A stretch of DNA of 64,000 nt from Camelus ferus. Lineage: Eukaryota. Under the pieces are notes generated by a model. The model saw nothing but the letters and a program-made list of their open reading frames with translations, did not search any database and had not been told where the DNA came from. The stretch covers positions 7,132,001 to 7,196,000 of the forward strand of contig NC_045697.1 of NCBI RefSeq assembly GCF_009834535.1, in the 5' to 3' direction. A program made the position numbers and the translations under genes. Of the stretch, positions 26,099 to 39,433 are shown piece after piece (the stretch's first letter is position 1; each line of letters starts with the position of its first letter).

Positions 26099-26270
26099 GC
26101 CCCATAAATATCCGGTTGTTGGTTTGCAAGAGCATATGGAATTCCTGATTATTACTCTAAATAAACGTGCTGACTTCGTGAAGTTCTGTTTATACCACAG
26201 TGCTCTGTTTCTGTTTTCTTTGCTTCTTTTCTATCTTTTCATTCCAATGAAAATTCTTAGTGTATTTTTT

Positions 26271-26582
26271 CATTAAAGGGTAGTTAGTTTTCAATGTTGT
26301 GTTAGTTTCTGATGTACAACATAGTGATTCAGTTGTACCTATATGTATATACATATGTATTCTTTTTCAATATAGGTAATTACAAGATACTGAATATAGT
26401 TCCCTGTGCTCTACAGTAGGACCTTGCTGTTTATCTATTTTATATATAATAATTAGTATCTGCTAATCCTGAACTCCCAATTTACCCCTCCCCATCCTCT
26501 TTCCTCCCTAGTAACCATAAGTTTATTTTCGGTGTCTGTGAGGCTGTTTCTGTTTTGTAAAAAGCTCATCTGCATCCTTTTT
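26271..26582 (-). mobile_element. 5'-truncated lineage L1 with diverged TSD
   Basis: Antisense L1 tail; flanks TTCTTAGTGTATTTTTT (26254-26270) and TTCTTACTATATTTTTT (26583-26599) followed by AA, matching the L1 endonuclease TTTT/AA site. Confidence 0.9.
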
Positions 26583-26679
26583 TTCTTACTATATTTTTTA
26601 AAGACATTTTAGAACAATTATACTCACCACATGGACTTCCAATAATGCTGGTATCTCAGTTGAAGTGATGGCAGTTGGG

Positions 26680-27188
26680 TGTATTAGTTATATACATCTG
26701 TGTAACAAAGTAATCCTAAAGTTAGTGTCTTCCCATAACACACATTTACTATTTCAGTTTCTGTCAATCAGGAATCTAAGCATGGCTAAGCTGGGCCCTC
26801 TGCCTCAGAGTAGCTCCAGTTCTAATCAAGGCGTCTGCCTGGACTGCAGTCCTGTCAAGGCTCAGTGGAAGAGGGTCTGCTTCCAAACTCACTCACTCTA
26901 CTGTTGGCAGGATTTAGTTCTCTGCAAGTTGTCAGACTGAGGGCCTAGCTCCATAGTGCAGTGGGCTTCCACTGAGTGAGCCAGTGAGACATCAAAAGTT
27001 CATCCCACATGGAAGGCAGAGTCTTTTATAACCCAACCTCAAAAGTGACAGCCCGTCATGTGTGTTGCATGCAGCTTGTTACAAACAAGTCACTCGGTCC
27101 AGCCATATTCTAGGGAACGAGGTTACTGGAAAGTGTGAAGCCTGGAAGGCAGGGATTTTGGCAAGTTTAGAAGCTGCCTGTGCCAACA
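26680..27188 (-). mobile_element. MaLR LTR (MLT1E/F-like)
   Basis: tgtattagtta...tgtgtaacaaa...cagtttctgtcaatcaggaatctaagcatggctaagctgggccctctgcctcag... Confidence 0.78.
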
Positions 27189-28059
27189 AGCAAGTCCATC
27201 CATGAGGAGGCAGCGACATCGACCTAATGCTTGGTCAACCACAATGGTAAGATGCCTCCAATTGTGGGATAATCCCAGATTCAGAAATATTAAAATGTAA
27301 AAAACAAATCTTAAAGTCGGTGTAAACAAGATGTTATTTCCTTAAATCGTGGATTCCACAGAGGAGTTTCAAATGGCAAAGTTCTCCACTGAATTTACTG
27401 AAAACGCAGGCGGAGAAGGAAGCGTTTACCGGCCCCAGGTGATGCAAGAGCAAGGGCGATGTGTTACTTTTAAACTTCCGCATCTCAGTATTAAGGGCTA
27501 AGCTAAATTTTAAAGTTTACTTTTGCATTTGTTTTATTATAGAGTCATACTTGTTCATGATAGCTAGTTTGGAAAATCACAGAAAATTAGAAAGAGGAAA
27601 AAAAAAAGACAGTAATTCCACTACCCGAAGGCAATTCCCCAAATAAGACTGTGTAGATAATAGCTGAAATTAAAAAAAAAAAAAAAAAATAGAAATTGCC
27701 AGTTTGTCGTACAGAGTATTTCTAAATCCGTAGCACATAAAGTTGTTTAACTTTATTAAACATAGCACATACTATATGCTTGGGTTTCTAATTTCCTAAG
27801 AACAGGGACAAGCAGGGGCTGGATCTTTGACCTAAAAAATATCAATTAGTATATAATACTTCAATATTTACTTTATATAGAAAAAGAACAAATGCATTCT
27901 TGTCCGATGAGGCATGAGAATCTGAAGAAGGGCCAGTAGTCAAACAGCCTGCGCTTCCACCCAGTTCTTGAACCAGGAATGAAGACGTGGGTTTGAGAGG
28001 AAGGGGTAGGTCTTTGTTTAGCTCCACTAGACTCCTATGCATCTTCCTCATCACAACAC

Positions 28060-28775
28060 CCTCCCTCCTTCCCCAAAGTCACCCAGTCTCCTGACTTTAT
28101 AAAATTAGAGATTACATTTGCAAACTGGAATGTTATGTACATGGAATCATCCAGTATTCTTCTGTGTCTCAGTCCTCTCATTCAACATTATTTACGAAAT
28201 TTACTTATGCCATTGCTTGGAGATGAAGTTCATCGTTACTGTTGAACAGTAGCGTGTGGTAAGAGTATCCTGAATGTTTCTAGTCCTGTTGTAGATGGTA
28301 TTCAGGTCGTTTCCAGCTTAGGACTTTCCCAAATCATGCATATGTGAACTTTCCAGTGCATGTTTTCTGGGTGCATCAGTGCAAGCCTTTATGTCGGCTT
28401 CACACTTGGGGGTGGGATTGCCGCATTGCAGGGCTTGCAAAAGCCCAACTCGAGTGGTTAACACCCTGTTTTCCAAGGAAGGTGGGCTGACTCCCCACCA
28501 GGAGCATGCATGTGGGTTTCCATTGCTCAGCTTCCTCTCCAGTACTTGGTACCACCAGTCTGTCTACTCTCAGGCACTCTGTGGAGTATGGAGTGCTGAG
28601 CCATTTTGCTTTTAATTTGGACTTGTGTGATTGCAAATGAAGCTGAGCACTTTTTCTATGTTTAATGACTAGTTGGATAGCTTCTTTTATGAAGTGCCTA
28701 GTCCTGTCTTTTACCCCTTTTTCTATTGTGTTTTTGTCTTTTTATTATTGATTTATAGAAAATCTTTACATGTTT
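28060..28775 (-). mobile_element. Ancient L1 (L1M/L1ME-like)
   Basis: atggaatcatccagtattct...ttcaacattatt...ctccccaccaggagcatg...gagcactttttctatgttta...tatagaaaatctttaca. Confidence 0.8.
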
Positions 28776-28941
28776 GGGGCAAGTTACTGTGCTTCTGTTT
28801 TTTTTGTCTACAAAATGGGAATAATAATAATACCTACCTCACATGATGCTGTTGCAAGGAGTATATGAGTTAATACCTGTAAAACTTAGAACCCTATGTG
28901 GCACATAGCCAGTGTGCCATAAATGTTGACTCTTGTTATTA
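28776..28941 (+). mobile_element. MIR SINE (3' part)
   Basis: gggcaagttact...aaaatgggaataataataatacctacctca...atgagttaatacctgtaaaacttagaacc...ggcacatag. Confidence 0.88.
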
Positions 28942-29904
28942 GCCAGGTTCACGGGGCTGGCAGATTGTGGACACGAAACTCCAAAGAGTCCTTCTAACTT
29001 CCATTCGCCAGACATTGCCTTGCAAACCGCAAGTGTATGCATCCAGAAAGACTGGAAACCACCATATTCACCCTGAACTGTGCCCACCCAGGGCCCCAGT
29101 GGAGCTTTAGTGGGGAATGCTGTTGCATTTTATTATGGTCACCATATACTCTGAAAAGTATTTACATTGTGCTTTCCCTCTGAGAACAAGGTAGTTTTTT
29201 AATTGAAAATTATTGAAGAAACATCAATCCCACAGCCACTGCATGGTACAATTGGCTTTTGGCATGTTGATCTCAAAGTTTCAGCGGCAAGGATTTTGCA
29301 CCAGGAGGTTAAAAACAAACAAACAAACAAACCTTCCTCAAACACAAGAATTAAAGGTATTAAAAATTGAAGGACATGCAAAGTGAGCAATGAAGTATTT
29401 TAGGCCAAGTGCTTCTTCCTGCCTCATCCAACTCCCCTTGGTTCAGCAGCCACTCTAAGGAAAAAAGGGACAATTTTTATTTTCCACCCTATTGGGAATT
29501 ACTTTGCTCCCAGTGTCCAAGGCAATAAGAATTTCTTATAAACAAACAAATAAACAAATTGTAATCAGCCCACCTTTGCTTCCTCCATCTGTGAAATGTT
29601 CACAGGTAGATTAAATAAATTCTTCTTCAAGGAGAGAAATATGTGGAGGGCCATAATTTAGACCAAACTTTACAACCAAAAATGACAGACAATCTTTCAT
29701 TTATTATTCCTCACGGAGAAGAGCTACTAATATCTTCCTTCTAGGTCCCTTAATTAAATTCGGCTTCTCATATTTTATTTTTTTTTTCTTGATTCGCTCC
29801 CTTTCATTCCTGGATTAACCTAGTTCTTCTTAGTTGAAGTTTCTCGACTGTTAAATTTCATTTAACTCATTTAAATTTCTGGAGATTTCTTTCCCACGTG
29901 GAAA

Positions 29905-29936
<32 letters not shown>

Positions 29937-30228
29937 ACTTCTCACCCCAGACAAGAAAACCATCCCGCTTAGGTCAAACGTTCATTTATGAACATTCACA
30001 CTGAAATGTGTCATCCTACATCATAAGTATATGTGTGAATATACAGTGATTTTGGAAAGGCAGAGTTATTGGTCCAAGACTGTCAAGAAAACACTCGTGT
30101 CTACTCTTGAAGTCCCTTCTAAGGAGTTGTGTCTTCCACAAAACCTTGTCCTCTCAACTCCCACAGAATGTCTCCAAGGGCACTGTAGTCAACTCTGTTA
30201 TTTTTCCCGATATTTGCCCCTGTGACCC

Positions 30229-30545
30229 TGTGGAGGGTTAAACACACACCACCTGTTGCTGTCTTACAGCGCCCCCTGTGGCAAGACGGTGCTTCTCCGT
30301 CCATGAACGTTGGCATTGGCAGTGTGACATGCTTCAGCCAATGAGAAGCAAGCAGAGCAGCCTCATCTGAGGGGAAGCTTTTGCAGGCATCACAACGCTC
30401 TTGTTCTCCTCTCCCAAGTTCCTGCGTCCTGCTTCCAGAGTGAGGGGGCACATGGAGTCCCAGGAACCCAGTTGTAGCCTCCTCCATGGGACACGGGCAA
30501 GAAATAAACGTCCGAGGCTTGGAGGTTGTTAGTTACCTCCAGTCA
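30229..30545 (+). mobile_element. MaLR LTR (MLT1H/I/J-like)
   Basis: gtgtgacatgcttcagccaatgagaagcaagcaga...gcaagaaataaac...ggttgttagttac. Confidence 0.6.
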
Positions 30546-30779
30546 TTGAGATTCTGTATTTACTGGTCTCATTCAAGGGCGTTCCTTGAAGACAGAGAAT
30601 GCATCTTCGTTGTTGGGTGTCTGTGTAGTTTGGTGCTTGGCTGTCAGTAGGAACCAATAAAAGCTTGTTGAATAACTGAATGACTCAAGGAAGACCTCCA
30701 GCCATAAGCATCTACTCTCTTCTATGCCAGCTGTGCCTTTTGGAAAATGTTTCTCACCCGGAGCAGAAATCTGACCGTC

Positions 30780-31320
30780 CAGGACTTCCACTAAGGGCAT
30801 TGGCTCTATCCCTTGGGCTCACAGAAAACCAACGAATACCTCCTCCAAAAGACAGCTCTCTGTTGTCTGAAAGCAGTGCCAGTCTCCACTTCAGGGGTTC
30901 GCCTTTGCAGATTAAATATCCCCAGTCCTCTTCCTTTTTGTTATCGTCCATGCCTTCAACCTTCTCAACTGCCTTGGGGCTCTCCTTTGTACTTGCACAG
31001 ATTTACCCATGTCCCCTCCAGAATGTGAGATCCGGAATTAGCATCAGCCCCTCAGAGCGGCACAAAGTGAGAAAGGGTTATCTCCTCTGGACGAATCCTC
31101 CATTAGGACTAATTGCACTGAGTCTAAGACAGCCTTTGCTGTTCTTGGCAGCCACATCACACTTCTGACTCATTTTGAGTCAACCGATCCCTTAAGCTTT
31201 ATTCACAAGTCTTTATTACCAAGCTCTGCCCCAACTTGTGAAGTAGATTTAGGGGATCCAAATGTAGATCCTTGTTGAGTTCTCTTCCTCGTTTCATCTG
31301 GCTCATGGTTTCTGCCTACC
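30780..31320 (-). mobile_element. L3/CR1 LINE fragment
   Basis: ttcttggcagccacatcacacttctgactcattttgagtcaacc resembles antisense CR1/L3 ORF2. Confidence 0.6.
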
Positions 31321-31556
31321 TGGGAAAGGGAAAACTTTGACTTCTAGAAATGGGAGCTCAGCTACTAGCCAATAAAAAGGAGAAACAACTTTATCTCTTT
31401 AACTCCGGCATGATTAGAGAGTCCCATGGTCTGATCCAGCAGACTGTATGTAACTATGTGATAGAGTTCATTGCCAATCCTGTGGTGTCCTTGCTGAATT
31501 TCTCAAGGAGAATGGAAGAATATTGAGATCCAGCACCAACAAGCAGCTCTATTTAT

Positions 31557-32131
31557 GTGTGACAGACTCCAAGTGGCTCCCATGATCTCCAACTCGTAGG
31601 AGTCATGCCTTTGCATAATTCCCTCTGCTTGAGTGTGCATGTGTCCTCTGACTTCATTCAAACAGCTAGAATATGGCAAAGGTATTGGGATATACGTGGC
31701 CGCATGTACACAATTATATTACATGAGATTATAACACTGTCTTTCTAGGAGACTGTCCCTTGCTGGCTATGAAGAAGCATGTATGTTGTTAGCTGTTCTG
31801 TGGAGGAAGCCATGTGGCAAGGAACTGAGAATAGATTCTAACTGACAGCCAGCAGGAAACTGAGGTCTTCTGCCATACAGCTTGCAAGAGAAATGGATGC
31901 TGTCAACAGTCACGTGGCCCTAGAAGAGGAACCTGCCCCAGTTGAAACTTGAAGCGAGACTGCAGCCCTGGCCAATACCTTGACTGCAGCTTTCAGATGA
32001 GACTCTAAAGTGGAGAAACCAGCAAAGCAAGACCTGGACTCCTGATCCACAGAAACTGTGATATGATAGATGCATGTTGCTTTAAATTGCTAAGTTTCTT
32101 GTAAATTGTTACTCAGGAATATGTAATAATA
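31557..32131 (+). mobile_element. MaLR LTR (MLT1F/G-like)
   Basis: tgtgacagactccaagtggctcccatgatc...catgtggcaaggaactgag...acagaaactgtgatatgatagatgcatgttgctttaaattgctaagttt. Confidence 0.82.
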
Positions 32132-34367
32132 TTCCATAAACTTAAGTAATAGAAAGCAAATTCAGTTGGAAGCCAAGATATCATGAGGCCCGGAGGACAC
32201 ACACTCATTGCCTTTTTTTGGTGGGTGAAACTGACTTACAAAACCTTTAATGAGCCCCATGTACCATATCACTGGGATATTAAAAGGCCACTTTAATATC
32301 CAACCTCAAACAGTAGAGTTTTTTTTCTAGCATTTGTTCAGAACAACCTTCTGCTCATCCATCCCATTCAATGGTCCCAGTTCTCCTCTTTCTCTGCCTT
32401 TGGATTCCTTGGTTCTATACCCAAGTCTGAACGCCCTTTGATCTCTTAAATTTGATTCCCCACTGCAGCAGGGTTCCTAGTTTTTATTCCTCCTGTACTT
32501 TTATTGAGAGACATCTCCATCTTGGTTCTTCTATACCTACGTCTTCCAGGTCTGATTCTCCCAGACCACCCGCCAAAGGAGAAGCATCTAATGTTCTAGG
32601 CCCCTTACTGTTGAAAAGCCTCCAGCCAGCAGTGTGACCTTCAGCACAATCATGGGTATTCTTGATGTCAGCAGGGTCACCTGGAGCCATTTTGTTATTT
32701 CCAGTGGGGTTTCTTTTCCTCTCTGAGCAAGCCTTATCATTGTCACCATCACATTAAAAAACTGCATATCCTCATGTACCAAGAGGAACTTGTAAGAACC
32801 AGTGGTTGGCTAAGAGCTGTTCGTGTACCCGTGCTGGTGGCCCATGGGTGTGACCCGGCCATGGTCTGTAGCTCCGGGGAGAGTGCTTGAATCCTGCCTG
32901 CCATTTCTGATGGCTCAGAGACTGGATGCTGGGGCCTGAGGGAGAAGTTGATGACTGGGCCTTTGGGGTTTCTACCAGCCATGCTATTTTTACATGCAGC
33001 TGAGCTTGCCAGAGACAGAAAGGGCTCCTGGATTTCTTTAGTCCTAATGTACTTTAAATACTGTGTATATGGAGGACAGAATCCAGTAGCCCAGTTTCTA
33101 CTCACCCAGGCTCGTTCCTTAAAAGCAAAGGGACCTTGAGCTTAGGGACATGAGTCCTCCTCATAGATCCTGACCTTTCAGGTTCAAGAAATTTCCCTTA
33201 ATGTATTACTGCTGAGGAAAAACATATGCTACGAGCAGCTTGAGTCATGCCCATAGAGGGCCTTCGACTCATAGGGAGACCAGAAATGGGACTGAGCTAA
33301 CCACTAATTTCAACCCTTAATTTTGCCAACAGAAAAACAGACGCTCACAAAGGTTAAATTCCTGGATGGAATTTATGCCGTTAATTCATGGCAGCGTCCA
33401 GACTTGATTTCAGACGAGGGAGCCGTGGTGTTCTTTGAAAGGCCATAAAGAAATTAAAGTCCGGAGGAGAAAGTCAATCACTTCCAATTACTCAGAGGAG
33501 AGGTGAGTTAGGACACAGAAGGCCAGACCTGAGAGTACAGGCACCAGGCCCAAGGAGGACCATTCTCCGTCTCCCGTCTAGACTTTGAGGAGTCCAGATA
33601 ACAGGCAGGGGCGAAAGCAGTCTCCGCCAGGCCGGGGGGACCGGGGTCTAGGAAGGGAAGGCGTCAGGCGTGATGACCGTGTGGAAGGGCTAGCCTCTTG
33701 GACAAGGTTTTGATATTACAGGGCTATTTACTTCCTTGTTTCTGCTCCTGAGCATTTAGTAAAAGGCCTATTGATTTTCATTATTTTTATTTCTAGCCCA
33801 GCCTCAGCTGTACAGTGGGGAGTTAATGGAAAGGTCTTTTCTGTCTGGGCCAGAGTATCTGAAGAAGATTACTACCCTCTGAGGCCTAGCAGGATGGTGA
33901 TAGCAGGAGCCAGAGAGGGATGCTGAAGCAAAGGAGAATCTGAAAAATGAGGTCAGAGTCTCAGAATCAGGTGCTTCTTCCTCCAAGATACCCTCTTTCA
34001 AGCGCCCACCGTGGAAGACTGTATTTTTTGTTGTTTTGTTGTTGTTGTTGTTTTGTTCTTTGCCTACAATCCATTTAGAGCCCAGATTAAAGGCCACTTC
34101 TATTACCAAGTCTCCAAGATTTCCCATCCACCCCATCAGTTCTCTCTTCCAAATCCCCGTCGCCTTCACCTGGACACGGATGTCTGTGCTTGTAATCCAC
34201 CTGGTTAGCTCTAAGTGGGTCTGCCCATCCTGCTAGATGACAATCTTTCTCAAGTCAGGGAAAGTGCATTTTTAATATAATATCACCCTCCTCTGGCCCC
34301 CACCCAAGGTGGCTAAAATAGTGACTTGATGGTGGCAGATAATCATGACATATGCAGTCTGTTAAGG

Positions 34368-34610
34368 AGAAATAGTGGCACATTGATGTTAAGCCTGTAG
34401 TCTCTGCAGTCACATGACCTGAATTTGATGTGGCTCCAGTAAAGTGCTCAGCCTGTAGCTTCTGTCAGCATACTTGGCTTTTCTGGGCCTGATTTTCTTA
34501 ATCTGTAAACAGCAATATTAATAGTACCTGCTCATTGGGGTTAGTGTGAATATTAAGGCAGATGTTTCATGAGAAGCATCTAGAGCATTGCGTTGTCCGC
34601 CATTCACAAA
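34368..34610 (+). mobile_element. MIR SINE
   Basis: gattttcttaatctgtaaacagcaatattaatagtacctgctcattggggttagtgtgaatattaa. Confidence 0.65.
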
Positions 34611-35208
34611 TCCTTCCAAAGGTAGATCGCACTCACTGGGTTCCATGGCCCAATGCTACGTGTGCAGCGACGTCCCACCAGAGCATGGCTGCGTCAGGCT
34701 GGAAGCTCTGGCCTGGCTCTGGCAACTCTCCCCAGTCCCCGCCCCTGACAGTTTCAGCACAACCTCCCGTGCATCTCAGCTGTCCTCTCCCTGACACACT
34801 AAGGGAGGTGGCCCAGGTCCTGGGTGCTTTTAAGTCAGTTTCCTTGCTTTGCCTCTGCGTGGGTCTCCCCACGCTGTGTCACAGAGACCCTCCGTACAGG
34901 CCCTCCTTCCAACAGCTTACTTTCCTCTTTATTCAGTGCAAGGAGGTTTAGGATTTGAGTGGCCTCTCTGAGTCTACCTGGTGGCCGCTCTGCGGAGTCT
35001 AGGTTTTATTGTCTGACGTATCATGGGGGGAGGCGGAATCATGGTCCCTGGTGCCCTAGGGCAGGCAGTTGTGGCCTGAGGGTCTCCTGTCCTTTTCTGA
35101 GGGGCTGTTGATTGGGAGAGGGGCTCCCTTTTGGTGGGTTGGTGAGCGATAGTTACCACGGCCTGATCTGTAGTATGAACACCTGTGGACATCGTGCTCC
35201 TTCTAGGT

Positions 35209-35398
35209 CAGCCGTTCTGCAAGGGTGGTCCAGGAATGGTGGATCCAGCGTCACCTGAGAACTGGTTACAAATTCAAATTCTCAGACCCCACCCAAGACC
35301 TTCTGAATCAGAAACTCTGGGAGTGGGATCAGCAACGTATATCTGTCCATCACAAGCCCTCCAGGAGATGCTGGTGTGTTCAGTACCTAGAACCACTA
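35209..35398. mobile_element. MER5A hAT-Charlie MITE
   Basis: gcgtcacctgagaactggttacaaattcaaattctcagaccccacccaagaccttctgaatcagaaactctgggagtggg...agaaccact. Confidence 0.85.
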
Positions 35399-35500
35399 TC
35401 TGAGGCCTTCAAACCACCTTTTTCTGTGATGACACCCCCAATGTCTAGGGAAATCCCTACTAGGCGTCTATTTCTTACCTTTATCAGGGAAGAGACTTTA

Positions 35501-35660
35501 CAGTGGTGTTTCTCAAACCTCCATGATGACAAATCCTATGGTAAAACATGTCTAAAAAACTCGTTCTCAGCTCTCACCCCGACCCTCAGAATCACAGTCA
35601 CTGGAGGCAGCAGCCGGGAAGCTACGTTTTCAACCAGAGTTGCAGCTGAATCTTATCAGT
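35501..35660. mobile_element. MER5-like fragment
   Basis: cagtggtgtttctcaaac...tctcagctctcaccccgaccctcagaatcac. Confidence 0.5.
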
Positions 35661-37765
35661 GGAATTTCTGACACTCTTCTTGAAGGTGGGGTGGTGGCTG
35701 CACGCTGGGTGGACTCTTGTCATCTGACATGTTGGAGATGAGCGTTGAGGGGTCAGGAGCCGTCGGAGGAACAGACTGTCATCAAGTTGTTCATTCTTTT
35801 TGGCCGCTTGAAGTGGAAAAAACACAGCAGTGGAGTCTGCATAGGAGCTGCATAAAATGTCTGTCCTGGCATCCGCATTTGTCCCTGGAATTCCCTGGGC
35901 AGGTACAGTTGCAGCCTCTGTGTCCCTTGTCTTTACTTCCCTGAAGTCCTGAGCCTCTGCATGATGTGAAGGTGAGAATGTCCTTGCTCCCGGTGCCTCA
36001 GCCATGCTCAGCAGCCTTCTTCCTGCTCCCTGCCATCCGGCAGCATCCACTGCGGTGTGTCCTTTGTTCTGATTCCCACTCTTTTTCACTCTCCAGGCCT
36101 CCATCCTCCCTGGATAATGGGTCCCGTGCTGAAAGAAATTTTGCGCATTAGTTGTTTCCCATTGTTGTAAAGATAAAGTCCAAAATCCTACACGCAGCCT
36201 GGCCCTGCCCACTGGGCTCAGGCAGAGACATCCTCACAAGCACCAAGCCTGACTTGCGGCAACTTAGGTGAAGGGGGCGGTTGTTGAAGGGCTGTCAGGG
36301 TACAAGAAACTAACAAGAGGCCGGGAAAGCAGATGTAGAAACAGGTCACCGCCAGGGAGAGCTGGCCACCAGAGACGGCCGCACAGGTCACTGAAGGGGT
36401 GCGGGCTGCCTGCTCTGGCTGCCGCGGTGGTGACAGCGACCTCTGTCCCCACACTACCACATCGTTCTCTCAAGATCCAAACCCCGGAACTGGTACCAAC
36501 TTGCCGAGCCCAGTCCACGAGCCAGCCTCCTGCCGACCCAAGACAAGGCGAGACCTGTGTTGCTTTTCCTTCTCTAGTGAGAGGCGGCTGCTTCTCATCA
36601 TGACTTCAGCTAACCGGGGTTTCCCACGTGGGAGACAGGGGGTGGGAGACAGGGGAGGCTGGTTGTCACAGAAGCTGAAACCGGTGAGTGTCTGCTCTGC
36701 TGATCCTCTGGCTTTTGACAATGCAGATATTTGGAGAAAACATAAGTTACATGAGACTCCAAGTCTTTCTTGAAATTCATGGTAGCAAATGGCCTTCTCT
36801 TCCCTTTGCTTCCTAACCCTTCCCTCCAGTGCCTCTCTCTCCCCGCACCCACCTCCGTCTCCTTTCACTGGCAGCATTGTTCTTCTGCTCAGTATCAGAA
36901 AAGCTCTATATCCTTGGAGGTAAAGGTAGAAAGGCAATACTCTGAATTGTGAGAAAGAAGATTGGGAATCATGTTCATGGAAGTTGCTGAATTAAAACTA
37001 GCAGGAATTTATTATCTTGTTTTGTGGTTGATTTGGGGTCCTTTTTGTCATTCCACAGCACATTTATATTAATTTTAAAAATAGCTCCTTAGAGTTTGAG
37101 AGTGCTCCTAATCTTTAACCTAGAAATTTCCCTGTGGATGTTCCTCTGTTTAAAAAAAAAAATTAAATAATTGGAGACAAGGCTTATACAGAAAGATGCT
37201 CATTTCAGCTTTATTTGGAACAGCCTTCAAATTGGAAACAATCTAAGTAAGGATGAATATCTATGTGGTATGCACACTTTATGGGATACTATGCTTACAA
37301 AACATTTAAAGTTTGTTAAAAAGTGAACTGAAAAAAATCAGTGCATAAAATCTGATCATAATTATATGGAGGATATTAAAGGAACAAAACCTACTAAGGG
37401 AGAAAACACAGGAACATTATCAGACAACATTATCACAGGGCTTGCCTTTAGATGATAGGTTTATGGGTGATTATTTTAAAAAAAGGTTTTGTTTGTCACC
37501 TCTTGCATTTCTTGAATTCCCCCAACTTTTACCCAGAACATGCATGTATTTCTTTACACCAAAATCTAACAGACTTTCGTCAGCAACAACAAGGAAATGT
37601 CCTTCCTTGGGCATGCGCTCTGTGTGCTGCACTTTGCATTGGGGTCTTCTGGGATGGCCACCCTCTTGCTGAGATGACCAGTGACATCCATCTCTGGAAC
37701 CAAATCCAGTAGGCATGTTCTACCCTCATTTTACTCCAGCAACATTTAATGTTGTTAATCAGTCT

Positions 37766-37962
37766 TCTTTTTTTTTTTTTTAAACCAAAGTATAGTCAGT
37801 TACAGTGTGTCAATTTCTGGTTACAGTATAATGTTTCAACATGCACATACATACATATATTCGTATTCAGATTCTTTTTTATTACAGATTACTACAAGAT
37901 ACTGAATATAGTTCCCTGTGCTGTACAGAATAAATCTTTTTTTTATATATACAGTAGTTAAT
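37766..37962 (-). mobile_element. Short L1 3' end with poly(T) and TSD
   Basis: T-run then aagtatagtcagttacagtgtgtcaatttctgg...gaatatagttccctgtgctgtacag; TSD TTAATCAGTCT at 37755-37765 and 37963-37973. Confidence 0.9.
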
Positions 37963-38637
37963 TTAATCAGTCTCTCTTGACACTTTGTCTACTACTTTCT
38001 GAAACACCATTTTCTCCTGAGAACAAGCTTCTCTTTTTGCCTCCTTCTCAGTTTACTTTGATTATTTTTCCTCCCCTGATTAAACTCGAAATGTTACAAT
38101 CACCTCCCATTCACACCTTCTTTGGTTACTGAAGGGATCCCATCCACTCCTGTCTCTATTTGACACTTTGTTGGCTTTTGGGTCCAACCCACCTTGTCTC
38201 TCTGCTGTGCACGGAGATGAAATGAAGATCAATGTGCCCATTGATACAGTCAACATTGGTCAGATGTGGTTTTCTTATCCTCCTAAGTTTAAAAATGAAT
38301 GGAAGAAGAGGTTCTAATATTTTCTCCCCAAACCTCAACGGTTCATCTTGGTTACTCTCTGAAGTACGTGCAATCCCCTTGACAACAAGGGTTTGCGTTT
38401 TCCAAGCTCAGAGATGCTTTCCTTCTCTGGGCTAGTTGGATTCTGATTCTTTTTAAACAAGAAATCCCAGGCATCAAAGGGTTTTTCTACTGTCAATTTA
38501 TTTTATATCCAATGCAATATCAAGTAGCGTTTAGATTGTACCTACACTAACTCCTACTCTGTGTTTATGAGGTTTATAGATGAGGTCCTTGGATATCGGG
38601 GCACTATTCACCCACTCCTATCTCACTGGTAATAGGG

Positions 38638-38641
<4 letters not shown>

Positions 38642-38683
<42 letters not shown>

Positions 38684-38692
38684 ACACACACA
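38642..38692 (+). repeat. (CA)n microsatellite with one TA interruption
   Basis: Direct reading. Confidence 0.95.
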
Positions 38693-39074
38693 GAAAGTTT
38701 TACTTCAACCAGTGACTACATCAAAGTATTTTAGGGTCAAAAAAAAATTGATCCCAATAAGGAACACTTATAACTATTTCTTCATTAGAATGACTTCCAT
38801 GGGGAGATCTCTTTATGGCCTTTAGTAATAAAATTGAAAAAAAAAAACAAAAAGACAACATAATTTTGGACAGATACCTGTTCCAGAGACTGTGACATAC
38901 TCATTCAAGTTCTAACAGTATGTGGTGTGTTCTAGAGAAGAGATGCAATTATTTTAAGGTATTTGTTAATTTCATGTTTCATTTTCTTCCAGAAGAAAAG
39001 GAAGACTAAATTACATGATGAGTGTTTCTCAGCTTTGGGGTTAGAAAAGGAAATTTAAACAGAACCTATCAGAC

Positions 39075-39241
39075 TCTTGTTAATCAAATGTGATGCAGAC
39101 ACAAGCTGCCTTAGCATCTCCTGGATGCTTATTAGAAACAGCAGTTCTCAGGCTCCACCCCAGACCTCCTGAGTCGGAATCTGCATTTTTCAACAAGATG
39201 TCCAGGCGATTTACCTGTGCACTGAGCTTTGAGAAGCACTG
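39075..39241. mobile_element. MER5A/B hAT-Charlie MITE
   Basis: agcatctcctggatgcttattagaaa...ctcaggctccaccccagacctcctgagtcggaatctgcattttt...tttgagaagcactg. Confidence 0.85.
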
Positions 39242-39433
39242 TTCTAGAATTGTGGATATTTGGACTTCTTAACATCCAGCTGTCTGTTGCTACCATTGAT
39301 TCAAATCCTGTCTATAATAATCCTGGCCATTTAGCTCTTTCTTAGTTAATAAAAAATTGTAAGTGTAAAAATAATTTATTGAACTCAGGAACAAGGAAAC
39401 AACATTTGAAAGTCAGGTGAAGGGTTTCTGTGT

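Noticed and set aside
32275..32301. 10-bp inverted repeat GGATATTAAA/TTTAATATCC with 7-nt loop
   Set aside because: Short AT-rich stem expected occasionally by chance in 64 kb; no supporting context
35622..36937. 196 aa and 155 aa minus-strand ORFs in a moderately GC-rich patch
   Set aside because: No recognisable protein similarity, splice structure or retrocopy hallmarks
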